A DNA stretch of 64,000 bases from an uncultured Bacilli bacterium (GCA_944358305.1 CALVQK010000003.1:19620-83619), one strand, 5' to 3'; positions 47,038-56,936 are shown, counted from the stretch's first letter. The notes: generated from the letters alone by a model not told the origin. Numbers and translations: made by a program.

Positions 47038-47916
47038 ATGAATAATAAAGATAAACATTATATCTTACTACTTGAACAAATAATAGGAAGAATTAAAGTA
47101 AATCTTAGTGAAGAATACTTAGAAAAATTAAATCTTAACATAGATACAAGTCAAAAGAAAAAAAGACTAACTATAAGAGAATTAGAAAGTTTAGAAATAA
47201 TAATTAAAGATCTAACAAAAATACCTAATGATGAAAAGTTTCAAAGTAAAGTTTTAATCGCTTTAAAAGCATTTTTAACATATGGTTCTGTAAAAAGAAT
47301 AAATAATGAGAGCATTGTTTTAGTAATTAACAATGCAAGTAAAGCTAATGGAACTACTGAACTAACAATTAACATCAGTAAAAGTGATATTAATTATAGA
47401 ATAAAAAATAAAGAATATGAAGAAGAAGCAACCTGGAAAACTCTAAACACCGATTACTATACAACCTATAGTACCAAAGAAACAACTATCTATCCAAATC
47501 AAGAAAGTGATTTCTATGATATTACTGAAACAAAAGAATTCCATGGTTTTCATGATAATAAAGAAATAATATCAAGAACTATAACAAAACATGATAATCA
47601 CATAAAAAATAAAAAAAGCCAAACTATAAGTAGAATAGGCTTAGGCCCTAATAATTATAAAGAAGTAACCTATTACTTTAGAGATAATGGTTTTCTTATA
47701 AGAAAATATAAAAAGAATTATAGAAATGAAAAAATTGCTAAACAATTAAATGCTAAAGAATATCAAATAAGTGAAGATTATAACAAAGAAAATAAATATA
47801 TAGATTCAAATGGTAATTATAAAGACTTCGATCAAGATTTATATAAAAGTTTTATAAGAGGAAAATGGAAAATAAACTCTATTTATAACAGAGTTCATAG
47901 GTCTTCCAAACATTGA
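47038..47916 (+). CDS. Hypothetical protein (292 aa, N/K/Y-rich)
   Basis: ORF starts 7 nt after the radical SAM gene stop. No recognisable domain. Confidence 0.55.
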   Translation: MNNKDKHYILLLEQIIGRIKVNLSEEYLEKLNLNIDTSQKKKRLTIRELESLEIIIKDLTKIPNDEKFQSKVLIALKAFLTYGSVKRINNESIVLVINNASKANGTTELTINISKSDINYRIKNKEYEEEATWKTLNTDYYTTYSTKETTIYPNQESDFYDITETKEFHGFHDNKEIISRTITKHDNHIKNKKSQTISRIGLGPNNYKEVTYYFRDNGFLIRKYKKNYRNEKIAKQLNAKEYQISEDYNKENKYIDSNGNYKDFDQDLYKSFIRGKWKINSIYNRVHRSSKH

Positions 47917-47966
47917 TAAAAGAAATAAATTATGGTATTATAAAGGCAAATTAAAAGGAGGAGGAA

Positions 47967-48653
47967 ATGAAAAGTAATATTAATTTTAAAAAAGCAATTT
48001 ATACCTTAATTGCAGCAGGAATAACTTCCTTTACCTTATTAACAACAGGATGCTCTAGTAAACAAAACTATGCTGAACAAACTCCTGAAGTTACCACTGA
48101 AATAGAAAATAGTAATGACCAAAATACTAATGAAAATGACAACACTAATACTAACAATGAGGAAGCAGAAACTAGTAATGAAGATGAAATAGTTAAATAT
48201 TTTAAAGAAAAACAAACAGAAATAAACAATACAGTTCATACAGAAAATGGTATAGTCTACACTGAAAACATTGACCTAACAAATGCCATATGGAGTGACT
48301 TCTTTATTGATGCTGTTGACATAATCTTCTATGATAAAGAATATGAAGGAAGTTCTTTCAGTAAACTTAACCCTGAAGCTCAACAAGAATGTCTTAATAT
48401 TATAACTGATTTAGGTAATACCATGAATAGAATAAATCCTGATTGGCAAAGCGATTTAGGAAATATAAAAGATAGTACTGCTAGTGCTTACTATAATTTC
48501 CTAGCTAGTATAAAAGATCTCATTGGAGAAGATTTATATAACAAAATAAAAGGGTTCAAAGATAGTATAAAAGATAGTGGTAGCGAAATATGGAATAGTA
48601 TCACTGATACGGCTGAAGAATGGTATCAAGACTATAAAAGTAGAAATAAATAG
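47967..48653 (+). CDS. Putative lipoprotein
   Basis: Signal peptide with lipobox LLTTGC. N/E/T-rich linker, then a helical domain. RBS AGGAGGAGG. Confidence 0.7.
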   Translation: MKSNINFKKAIYTLIAAGITSFTLLTTGCSSKQNYAEQTPEVTTEIENSNDQNTNENDNTNTNNEEAETSNEDEIVKYFKEKQTEINNTVHTENGIVYTENIDLTNAIWSDFFIDAVDIIFYDKEYEGSSFSKLNPEAQQECLNIITDLGNTMNRINPDWQSDLGNIKDSTASAYYNFLASIKDLIGEDLYNKIKGFKDSIKDSGSEIWNSITDTAEEWYQDYKSRNK

Positions 48654-48738
48654 TGATTATATGTAAAGTAATCACTATTTTTCTTGTAAATAGAAAATAT
48701 TTCTATTATAATGTTTATAAGAGTAAAGGATGATATAT

Positions 48739-49476
48739 ATGAATAAACATATTAGAATCATTAGTGTATCTGCCCTTGCTTTACTAGGAATACTTTGTAT
48801 CGCTTCAGGAGTAATGTACTCATCTTTACAATCGAATAATGTAGAAGAAAAAATTCTCGTCGTTGTTGAACAAAAACAAGTAAGTACAGATGCAGATGTT
48901 AACATTAAACTTAAAAATTTAACCATTGAAGTCAATACCCCATTAAGTGTCAAAATAATTGACTATTTAGATAGTGCTGTTTCAGATGAAGTTTTAGCAA
49001 ACTTAAAATTAGACACAAGCAGTGTCAATGTTACTGAACCAGGAACTTATAATTATACAATTACCTATAAAGAAAAAATATATCAAGGTATTATAACTGT
49101 AAAAGAGCCTGAAATAACTAATACTGGTTTACAAAGTATAACTTTAAAAACTGTAAACGTAAGTATAGGTACAGCATTATCAACTGATATTAGTACTTAT
49201 GTAATAGAACCACTTACTGATGAAATAAAAAGCGCTATGCTTATAGATCTTAGTAATGTTAATGTAAATAAAGCTGGAAATTACCAATACACTATTACCT
49301 ATAATAATAGTATTTATACTGGTACTATAGTAGTAACAGAAAGCCAGCCTACATTATCAACTAATATTGATACTAATGCTAATGCTAATCAAAATAACCA
49401 AGAAAATATAAATCAAAACGGACAACAAGAACAAACAACCACTACTAATCCAACAGAAACAACACCAACAAATTAA
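48739..49476 (+). CDS. Membrane-anchored protein with two Ig-like repeats
   Basis: TM anchor, then two copies of ...D.S.VNV..PG/AGNY.YTITY....Y.G.I.V.E (VNVTEPGTYNYTITYKEKIYQGIITVKE / VNVNKAGNYQYTITYNNSIYTGTIVVTE) and an N/Q/T-rich tail. Confidence 0.65.
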   Translation: MNKHIRIISVSALALLGILCIASGVMYSSLQSNNVEEKILVVVEQKQVSTDADVNIKLKNLTIEVNTPLSVKIIDYLDSAVSDEVLANLKLDTSSVNVTEPGTYNYTITYKEKIYQGIITVKEPEITNTGLQSITLKTVNVSIGTALSTDISTYVIEPLTDEIKSAMLIDLSNVNVNKAGNYQYTITYNNSIYTGTIVVTESQPTLSTNIDTNANANQNNQENINQNGQQEQTTTTNPTETTPTN

Positions 49477-49496
49477 AACTTCCTAAAAAGGAAGTT
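49477..49496. terminator. Bidirectional terminator
   Basis: AACTTCCT-AAAA-AGGAAGTT followed by TTTTTTT, between convergent genes. Confidence 0.65.
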
Positions 49497-49499
49497 TTT

Positions 49500-50444
49500 T
49501 TATAACATATTTTTCTTTTTTAAAATAAGTGCTACTATCAAAGAAAGTAATAATGATAATAACAACAATAATACAAAAGCATAAGGATTATCAGCAAATT
49601 TACCAAAAGTAACATTCATTCCCATAAAAGATGCTACCATCGTAGGAATAGAAAATACAATCGTAATACCAGCTAAAAATTTCATAATCGTATTAAGATT
49701 ATTAGAAATAATAGTAGCAACAGTAGAAGATGTACTAGATAAAATTCCTCTATAAAGATCACTCATTTCAATTGCTTGATTATTTTCAATAATTGCATCT
49801 TCAAGTAAGTCTTCATCTTCTTCATAAAGCTCTATAACATTACCTTTTAAAATCTTATCAAGTACAACTCCATTAGACCTTAAAGCTGTAATAATATAAG
49901 TCAAACTATTTTCAATAGAAAGTAAATTTAAAAGTTCTTGATTTTTAGTAGCATTTAAAATATTAGATTCTGCTACCTCTATCTTATTATCAATTTCTCT
50001 TAACATTTTAAGATATAACAAAGCAAGTTTATAAATCATCTGAATAATAAATCTACTTTTCTTATAAGTATAAAACTCTTTAACTTTACCTTTAGTAAAT
50101 TCGTCAATAATACTATACTTCTGCAAACAAACTGTAACTATATAATCATTTCTAACAACTAAAATACCTAAAGGAAGAGTTGTAATAGTCTTAATATTAT
50201 TCTTAGTCTCATAAACAGGAACATCTAAAAGAAGCATCTTAACTCCGTCTTCTTCATCAATACGTGGCTTCTCATCGTCATCGATTATACTCATAATAAA
50301 ATTTTTTTTTATACCTAAAGCATTAACAACTTCATCTATTTCAGTTTCCGTAGGATTAACTAAATTAACCCAACTACCAACCTCATAAGTATCAATTCTA
50401 CTAAATTCACCACTAGTAACATCAGTATTATATATTTTCAACAT
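49500..50444 (-). CDS. corA: CorA-family magnesium/cobalt transporter
   Basis: Two C-terminal TM helices with the GMN signature (FMGMNVTF). Size is typical. Confidence 0.85.
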   Translation of the reverse strand: MLKIYNTDVTSGEFSRIDTYEVGSWVNLVNPTETEIDEVVNALGIKKNFIMSIIDDDEKPRIDEEDGVKMLLLDVPVYETKNNIKTITTLPLGILVVRNDYIVTVCLQKYSIIDEFTKGKVKEFYTYKKSRFIIQMIYKLALLYLKMLREIDNKIEVAESNILNATKNQELLNLLSIENSLTYIITALRSNGVVLDKILKGNVIELYEEDEDLLEDAIIENNQAIEMSDLYRGILSSTSSTVATIISNNLNTIMKFLAGITIVFSIPTMVASFMGMNVTFGKFADNPYAFVLLLLLSLLLSLIVALILKKKNML

Positions 50445-50471
50445 AAAACCACTGCCTTTCTATCTTTATTT

Positions 50472-52067
50472 TTAAAACAAACCAATAATTTCTCCATCAA
50501 TTAAATCTATATTTTCATAATTAGGCTTCTTAGGAAGTCCTGGCATTGTATAAATTTTACCACTAAGTACTGTAATAAACCCAGCCCCACTATTTATAAT
50601 TAAATCTCTAACATGTAATATATTATCTTTAGGATAACCTAAAAGCTTAGGATCATCACTTATTGAATATTGTGTCTTTGCAACACAAATTGGAAGATAA
50701 GATAAGCCTAATTTGTCTATAAGTTCTAATTTTTCTAAAGCTTTATCACTATAATCCACATAATTAGAATTATAAACAGCTTTATTAAGCTTACTAATTT
50801 TATCTCTTATACTAAGACTATCAGAAACAAGAGGAGTAAAGTTACTAGATATATCACTAGACTTAATAACTGCATTAGCAAGACCCAAAGCTCCTTCTCC
50901 GCCCTTACTATAAGCTTCACTTACCTCAAGAGCATAACCACGTCTTTTAACATAATCTTTAATATATTCAATATCATCAATACTATCATCAGCAAATTTA
51001 TTAAGACAAACAACAATAGGTACATTATAACCTTTTAAATGATTAAGATGAGCATCTATATTACATATACCTTTTTCTAAGGAATCATTACCATTATATT
51101 TTAAAGCTCTAACTGTAACAACCAAAACAATAGTAGAAGGTTTAATATCTGCTTTAGGACATACTATATCAAGAAACTTTTCAGCACCTAAATCACTACC
51201 AAATCCTGCTTCTGTAATTACATAATCAGCTAGGCTCCTAGCAAGTTTAATAGACGTAACACTACTACATCCATGAGCAATATTTGCAAAAGGACCTCCA
51301 TGAATAATAGCAGGAGTACCCTCTAAAGTCTCTACTAAATTAGGTTTAAAAGCATCCTTAAGTAAAACTGTTAAAGCTCCTTCTAATTTCAAATCATGAA
51401 CATAAATAGGTTCATCTTTACTATTAAAACCAACTATTATCTTAGATAATCTCAACTTTAAATCATCTATATCAGTAGCAAGACAAAACAAAGCCATAAC
51501 TTCACTAGCTGCTGTTATATTAAAATGATCTAGATACTCATCACTTTTACATTCTAGTTTAATATCTCTTAAAGATCTATCATTAACATCTAAACACCTA
51601 CTAAATGTAACAGTCTTTATATCTAAAGCATTACCTTGTTCAATATGATTATAAACAGCTGCACTAATTAAATTATTAGCAGCACTTATAGCATGAAAAT
51701 CCCCTGTAAAATGTAAATTAATATCTTCCATTGGCACAACTTGACTATAACCACCACCAGTAGCACCACCTTTAATTCCAAATACAGGTCCAAGTGAAGG
51801 CTCTCTTAAAGCAAGCAGGATAGATTTATTAAGCTTATTAAAAGCATCAGCAAGACCAATACTAACTGTAGTTTTACCTTCACCATAAGGAGTAGGGTTA
51901 ATTGCTGTTACAAGTATAACTTTACCATTCTTCTCTCCTTTTTCCTTAACTATTTTAGCTTTATTCTTACCATAACAATCAATATCATCACTAGTTAAAT
52001 TTAACTTACTAGCGATTATCTTAATATGCTTTAATTTTGTATTATGAGCAATCTCTAAATCAGTCAT
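50472..52067 (-). CDS. fhs: Formate--tetrahydrofolate ligase
   Basis: TPYGEGKTT P-loop, GGATGGGYSQV, HGGPFANIAHG and PGLPKKP motifs. ATG at 52067 lies 6 nt after GGAGGTG. Confidence 0.95.
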   Translation of the reverse strand: MTDLEIAHNTKLKHIKIIASKLNLTSDDIDCYGKNKAKIVKEKGEKNGKVILVTAINPTPYGEGKTTVSIGLADAFNKLNKSILLALREPSLGPVFGIKGGATGGGYSQVVPMEDINLHFTGDFHAISAANNLISAAVYNHIEQGNALDIKTVTFSRCLDVNDRSLRDIKLECKSDEYLDHFNITAASEVMALFCLATDIDDLKLRLSKIIVGFNSKDEPIYVHDLKLEGALTVLLKDAFKPNLVETLEGTPAIIHGGPFANIAHGCSSVTSIKLARSLADYVITEAGFGSDLGAEKFLDIVCPKADIKPSTIVLVVTVRALKYNGNDSLEKGICNIDAHLNHLKGYNVPIVVCLNKFADDSIDDIEYIKDYVKRRGYALEVSEAYSKGGEGALGLANAVIKSSDISSNFTPLVSDSLSIRDKISKLNKAVYNSNYVDYSDKALEKLELIDKLGLSYLPICVAKTQYSISDDPKLLGYPKDNILHVRDLIINSGAGFITVLSGKIYTMPGLPKKPNYENIDLIDGEIIGLF

Positions 52068-52138
52068 ATTAGACACCTCCAAAACTACTCTTATTATATG
52101 CTAAAACCAAAATAAAAACTAGTCTAAAATAAGACTAA

Positions 52139-53110
52139 TTACTTTTTAAAATAACTTTTTACTTTAACTTCATCTAAACCATTCCTAAAATCACTTTTCT
52201 GTGATTCTAAATTATCTAAATATCTCTTAACTTCATCTATATCCTCTTGAATAATTCCATTAAACTTTTTCTCTTTAATACCATTTTTCACATTAACTTT
52301 ATCTAATACTTGAGATAAAGTATAACTAAGATAAGCTCTTCCTAAGTCTATACCTTTATCTTTACTAAACGTATCATCATCCAAAAGGAAACCGTCATCA
52401 TGACTACCAAGGGAACCCCGATTATATGTCAAAGGCTGATCAAAAAGCCAAGCAGATTTTATAATATTAGGTGCATTTTTAAGTCTAAAACAGCCATCGC
52501 GACTTTCTAAACTAGATCCTTCTACTTTTAAATTAGATACATCGTCAAGAAAAACTCTCTTAATTTTACCTGAAGAAATAATAAGAACGTCATCGCCTGC
52601 AAAACTAAGTAATTGCATATTAACTTTATCGCATAAAAATTCAAGTTTTTTACCACTAGCACATAAATCAAAATTACATTCATTACCTCTAATCTCAATT
52701 AAAGAGGCATTATTTACTCTCAATTCATCATAAGTATCCTTCGCATAAGAAAAATATTTTGCCCCCTTTGCAATAACTTGAGAAACATTTTTATCATTAT
52801 CATCACAAAGATTAAGCACAACATCAACTTTTTCCTTACTATCACCTTCATGATCCAAAGTAATAGTTTTAATCACAGACACCTTACTAGATATAATAAC
52901 ATTTTTACAATTATTAACATCTAAAAAGCCACCATAATTAAAGTTTTTGAACCACAAATCTGTAATATTATCTCTTAATTTAAATTTATTTTCAAAAACC
53001 TTTCCTATTCTAAAAGGAAAGTTTAAAAGTGTAACAGCATATTCCTTTTCATCACCCTTTACTTTATAAACAATTCTAGCTTTTGTTAATGCATCAATAA
53101 TTTTTCCCAT
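52139..53110 (-). CDS. Hypothetical protein (323 aa)
   Basis: ORF with RBS AAGGAGA and its own terminator (CTAGTCTTATTTTAGACTAG plus a T-run on the minus strand, 52108-52130). No domain recognised. Confidence 0.6.
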   Translation of the reverse strand: MGKIIDALTKARIVYKVKGDEKEYAVTLLNFPFRIGKVFENKFKLRDNITDLWFKNFNYGGFLDVNNCKNVIISSKVSVIKTITLDHEGDSKEKVDVVLNLCDDNDKNVSQVIAKGAKYFSYAKDTYDELRVNNASLIEIRGNECNFDLCASGKKLEFLCDKVNMQLLSFAGDDVLIISSGKIKRVFLDDVSNLKVEGSSLESRDGCFRLKNAPNIIKSAWLFDQPLTYNRGSLGSHDDGFLLDDDTFSKDKGIDLGRAYLSYTLSQVLDKVNVKNGIKEKKFNGIIQEDIDEVKRYLDNLESQKSDFRNGLDEVKVKSYFKK

Positions 53111-53158
53111 AAAATTTCTCCTTAAACTATATTACCGTTTATTATAAATCTTATAGTA

Positions 53159-53824
53159 TTATAAAGCAAGTTCTTTTTTTACAATATCATAGACTTCATG
53201 ACTTATATCTTCAATACTACGTAACTTACCATCTTTGCTACACTCAACCACTTTAAAATTATATTTACTAGCAACATAAAGACTATTATCATAAACTTTA
53301 TCTAAAAAAGCTTGATCTTTTTCATTTATATCACCATCTATACCATCATAGTCTCTATTTTTTCTTAATTTATCACTAATATTTTTATCTAATTTTAAAA
53401 ATATAACTAAATCAGGTCTCTTAAGACCAAGTTTATTATATTCATAGTCAGCAATATAATTTAAAAATTCATCTTTTTCTTTGCCCTTAAAAAAAGATCC
53501 CTGATAAATTAAGTTAGATGTTGTATAACGATCAAGTAAAACAATTTTATCATCATCTAAAGCTTGTTTTAATTTTTGATTATAAACATAAAACCTATCC
53601 ATAGCATAAAAACTACTAATTGCATAAGGTCCTATCAACTCTCTTTTACCTAAGTCACCCTTTAAATAAGCTTCTACTAAACTAGCACCTATCTCTCCAT
53701 AACTAGGAAAATGATGATATATTACTTCCTTTCTATCTCTAACTAAATTATTATATAACTCTTTTATTTGTGTAGTTTTACCCACACCATCACTTACACC
53801 TTCAATAACTACTAATTTTCCCAT
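53159..53824 (-). CDS. Thymidylate kinase-like P-loop kinase
   Basis: IEGVSDGVGKTT P-loop, the DRY motif (LLDRYTTSN), and a lid-like region. At 221 aa it is slightly long for Tmk. Confidence 0.7.
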   Translation of the reverse strand: MGKLVVIEGVSDGVGKTTQIKELYNNLVRDRKEVIYHHFPSYGEIGASLVEAYLKGDLGKRELIGPYAISSFYAMDRFYVYNQKLKQALDDDKIVLLDRYTTSNLIYQGSFFKGKEKDEFLNYIADYEYNKLGLKRPDLVIFLKLDKNISDKLRKNRDYDGIDGDINEKDQAFLDKVYDNSLYVASKYNFKVVECSKDGKLRSIEDISHEVYDIVKKELAL

Positions 53825-53874
53825 ACTATCACCTACTAATAATTATAAAGAAAAAAAGAGTAAAATTAAATACT

Positions 53875-54654
53875 CTAATTAACAAAATCTTCTAATATTT
53901 CTTCACTTGTTATTTCATGGTCATAATTATATCTAACTGTTAATCTATTATAATAACTACTATCATCAATAGATAAATATAATCTTTTATCATTATTAGT
54001 ACTATTCTGATAAGTCTGTATTATCTTCTGATAACTTTCATTATTAACATAATAAATATCAAGTGTCATATCAAAATTAGCAAGTTCCTCTAAATTCAAG
54101 ATTGCTTTAACTTTCTCTACTTCACTTAGCTTATCAATACTATCTGTATTTACAAGAATAATTAATGTAAAATACATATTCTCTTCTGCAATTATATCTA
54201 AAGGATCACTATCAACAGGCCAGTTCTTACTAGGAACAGAAGAGACAAAATTAACTGCAAACTCTGACATATTATCAAGCCAATTATCATTAATCTTTGA
54301 CTCAATATTTTCTTCAAGATAATCTAAAACTATATCAGCTGTTTTACTATCCCTACATTCTCCAGTTTCCACATCTACTTCTACTACCTTTTCTAAAGGA
54401 TCATAAAAATAAGCATGAAAGTCACCACTATCTGTTCTAGCTGGTAAACTAACTTCATAAGATTCTCCATATTTTTCTAAAAGAAACTCTTCCATTATTT
54501 CTCTTGCTTCTTCTCTATCTTTTACAACTATTGAAGAAGAATTATTTTTATCATCAGGCCATAACACTACAACCAATATTAGAATAAAAATTAAAACCAA
54601 AACAAAAAGGATAAAACAATTAAATTCTGCCAAACCTTCTTTTAATCTTTTCAC
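53875..54654 (-). CDS. Hypothetical membrane-anchored protein
   Basis: N-terminal TM helix and an acidic extracytoplasmic domain. Probable GTG start at 54654 after AAGGTGA. Confidence 0.55.
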   Translation of the reverse strand: MKRLKEGLAEFNCFILFVLVLIFILILVVVLWPDDKNNSSSIVVKDREEAREIMEEFLLEKYGESYEVSLPARTDSGDFHAYFYDPLEKVVEVDVETGECRDSKTADIVLDYLEENIESKINDNWLDNMSEFAVNFVSSVPSKNWPVDSDPLDIIAEENMYFTLIILVNTDSIDKLSEVEKVKAILNLEELANFDMTLDIYYVNNESYQKIIQTYQNSTNNDKRLYLSIDDSSYYNRLTVRYNYDHEITSEEILEDFVN

Positions 54655-54800
54655 AATTATCACCTTATAGAAATAATAAAATATAAAAATTAAAAAAGCA
54701 ACACTAAAAACATTTAAGAAAAAAAGTTTACATTTTTTTAAATTTATATCAATTTTACAAATTCACCCCTTTTTAAAGCCCAATTTATTAAATTGCTATG

Positions 54801-54846
54801 AGCAATTTACAAAAACTACTAGTAAATTTACTAGCAATTTACAAAA
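54801..54846. promoter_or_regulatory. Repeat/palindrome operator cluster upstream of the adhesin-sortase operon
   Basis: Exact 14-nt direct repeats AGCAATTTACAAAA at 54801-54814 and 54833-54846 flank a perfect 16-bp palindrome CTAGTAAATTTACTAG (54819-54834). Degenerate CAATTTRYAA copies lie on both sides, and one overlaps a TTGCAA-17-TAGAGT promoter. Confidence 0.45.
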
Positions 54847-54912
54847 TTACCAATTTGCAAGATTTTATAAGCAATGTTAGAGTAACCATCGTTAAGAAAA
54901 AGGAGGCGTTTT

Positions 54913-56406
54913 ATGAAAAAAATTTTATTATTCTTAACACTTAGTTTTATTTATTTACTTGGATCTAGTCCAAATGTAAATGCTAGTACTGATTCTTTCT
55001 ATGAAGCAGAATATATTGATAATATCTATATGGTTAGATATGATAAAAATACTAATACAAAATACTATCAAAAAGCAAGGCTTTATAGAAGAAGTAGTGA
55101 TGGTAAAATTGCTTACTGTCTACAACCATTTAAAACTTTCAACCCTAGTAATAACAATTATGAAACAGTAACATTGCTAGAAGATATAAGTGAAGAAACA
55201 CTTAATAAACTTATTGATATTATTGGCTTTGGTTATGGTTATCCAGGACACAAAGATGATTTAAAATGGTATGCTATTACTCAACTAATGATATGGCAAA
55301 CTGTAGAACCAAATAGCGAATTCTATTTCACCGACACATTAAATGGCAATAAAATAAATACCTATGATTCTGATATAAGAAGAATGAATAATTTAATAAA
55401 TGGAAGTTATACCATGCCAAGTTTTAATAATCAAACAATATATGGTATCGCTGGTAAAACTTTAACTATACAAGACACTAATAATATTATTAGTTCATTC
55501 AATTCAGGTAATAATAATATCATCATAAATAATAATACTGTTACAATAAATGAGAATTCACCGGGATGTCATGAAGTTACTTTTACAAGATATTATAATT
55601 ACAATAATCCTATTTTATTTTATTACAATCCTAATAGTCAACATTTAGCAACCATCGGAAGTCCTAATAATAGAACTGCTAAACTAAAATACTGTTTTAA
55701 TGAATTAAATTTAAAAATAAAAAAAACAGATAAAGATACAGGAAATATTTCTAGTCTTGGTGAGGCAACACTAAAAGATACTATATTTACTTTATATAAT
55801 GAAAATATGGAAAAGATTACTGATTTAACTTTAGATGATAATATGGAAATTAACATCTCAAGTAATGACTACAATTTAACATATGGAACTTATTATCTAA
55901 AAGAAACAAAAAGTGGTACTGGCTACTTACCTAATGAAAAAATATATGAAATTAATTTTACTCCTAATAATACTGATATAGAACTAACAGTAGAAAATGA
56001 AGTACTAAAAAAAGAAATAACTATTAAAAAGTATTATGGAGATGGATTATTAATGTTGCAAGAACCAAACATTACTTTTGAGATATATGATAAAAACAAC
56101 AACCTAGTAACCACTACAACAACTAATGAATCTGGAATTGCTAAAGTAACCCTACCATATGGACATTATAAAATCGTTCAAGCTAATACTACTGAAGGTT
56201 ATACAAAAATAGACCCATTCGATATTTTTATTGATGATATAAATAAAGATTATTCCTATACTATTAATGACTATAAAATAGATGAAGAAAAACCTAACGA
56301 AACTATATCAATAGAAGTACCAAATACAAGTACTGATAATGACAACTACAACATATTAAGTCTAATACTACCTACATATTTAATTGTTAAGAAAAAGTTT
56401 AGTTAG
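54913..56406 (+). CDS. Surface adhesin: thioester (TQXA) domain plus two SpaA/Cna-B-type domains and a C-terminal sorting signal
   Basis: Signal peptide. Thioester-pair candidates are Cys69 (AYCLQPF) and Gln124 (AITQLMIWQ, a TQxA[IV]W-type motif). There are two prealbumin-like repeats (LKIKKTDKDTG...GTYYLKETKSGTGY; ITIKKYYGDG...GHYKIVQANTTEGY). The C-terminus has VPNTS, a hydrophobic stretch and KKK. Confidence 0.8.
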   Translation: MKKILLFLTLSFIYLLGSSPNVNASTDSFYEAEYIDNIYMVRYDKNTNTKYYQKARLYRRSSDGKIAYCLQPFKTFNPSNNNYETVTLLEDISEETLNKLIDIIGFGYGYPGHKDDLKWYAITQLMIWQTVEPNSEFYFTDTLNGNKINTYDSDIRRMNNLINGSYTMPSFNNQTIYGIAGKTLTIQDTNNIISSFNSGNNNIIINNNTVTINENSPGCHEVTFTRYYNYNNPILFYYNPNSQHLATIGSPNNRTAKLKYCFNELNLKIKKTDKDTGNISSLGEATLKDTIFTLYNENMEKITDLTLDDNMEINISSNDYNLTYGTYYLKETKSGTGYLPNEKIYEINFTPNNTDIELTVENEVLKKEITIKKYYGDGLLMLQEPNITFEIYDKNNNLVTTTTTNESGIAKVTLPYGHYKIVQANTTEGYTKIDPFDIFIDDINKDYSYTINDYKIDEEKPNETISIEVPNTSTDNDNYNILSLILPTYLIVKKKFS

Positions 56407-56914
56407 CATCTTAATACTAACCGCATACTTAAGTAGTTGTCTAATCATCTATAACATTGAAACAGATAAAAAAGAGATAACTAGCAAAATATCCAATATA
56501 GAGAAAAACATTAACACTGCTAACTACATAAATAATAATGAAAAAATTATTGGTACTTTAACAATTGACAAAATAAATTTATCTCAAGATATTTATAATA
56601 TAAAAAGTAGTCACAATAATGTCGAAGAAAATGTCACTATTTTAAATGATGACAATGGCTTAATAGTTCTAGCAGCTCACTCTGGACAAGGATCTATCGC
56701 TTATTTTAATAATTTAGATCAACTGAATTTAAATGATACTATAAATTTAACTTATAAAAACAAAAAATTAACCTATAAAGTAACAAAAATAGAAGATCAA
56801 GTAAAAGATGGAACTATAGAAATAAATAAAACTAATACTAAAAGATTAATACTAACTACTTGTAGTAAAAAAGATAAAAATAAACAGTTAGTAATTACAT
56901 CTGAATTAATTTAA
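56384..56914 (+). CDS. Sortase-family transpeptidase (small; class unclear)
   Basis: N-terminal TM helix. LAAHSG (catalytic His) and LILTTCS (TLxTC-type Cys). TTG start overlaps the adhesin gene end by 23 nt. Confidence 0.75.
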   Translation: MLRKSLVSILILTAYLSSCLIIYNIETDKKEITSKISNIEKNINTANYINNNEKIIGTLTIDKINLSQDIYNIKSSHNNVEENVTILNDDNGLIVLAAHSGQGSIAYFNNLDQLNLNDTINLTYKNKKLTYKVTKIEDQVKDGTIEINKTNTKRLILTTCSKKDKNKQLVITSELI

Positions 56915-56936
56915 AAAAGTTGCTATAAAGCAACTT

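Noticed and set aside
55719-55726. A8 tract inside the adhesin gene (and an A9 tract in corA at about 50300) as phase-variation switches
   Set aside because: Homopolymer runs of this length are frequent throughout this AT-rich sequence, including in housekeeping genes, so they are not evidence of programmed slippage.
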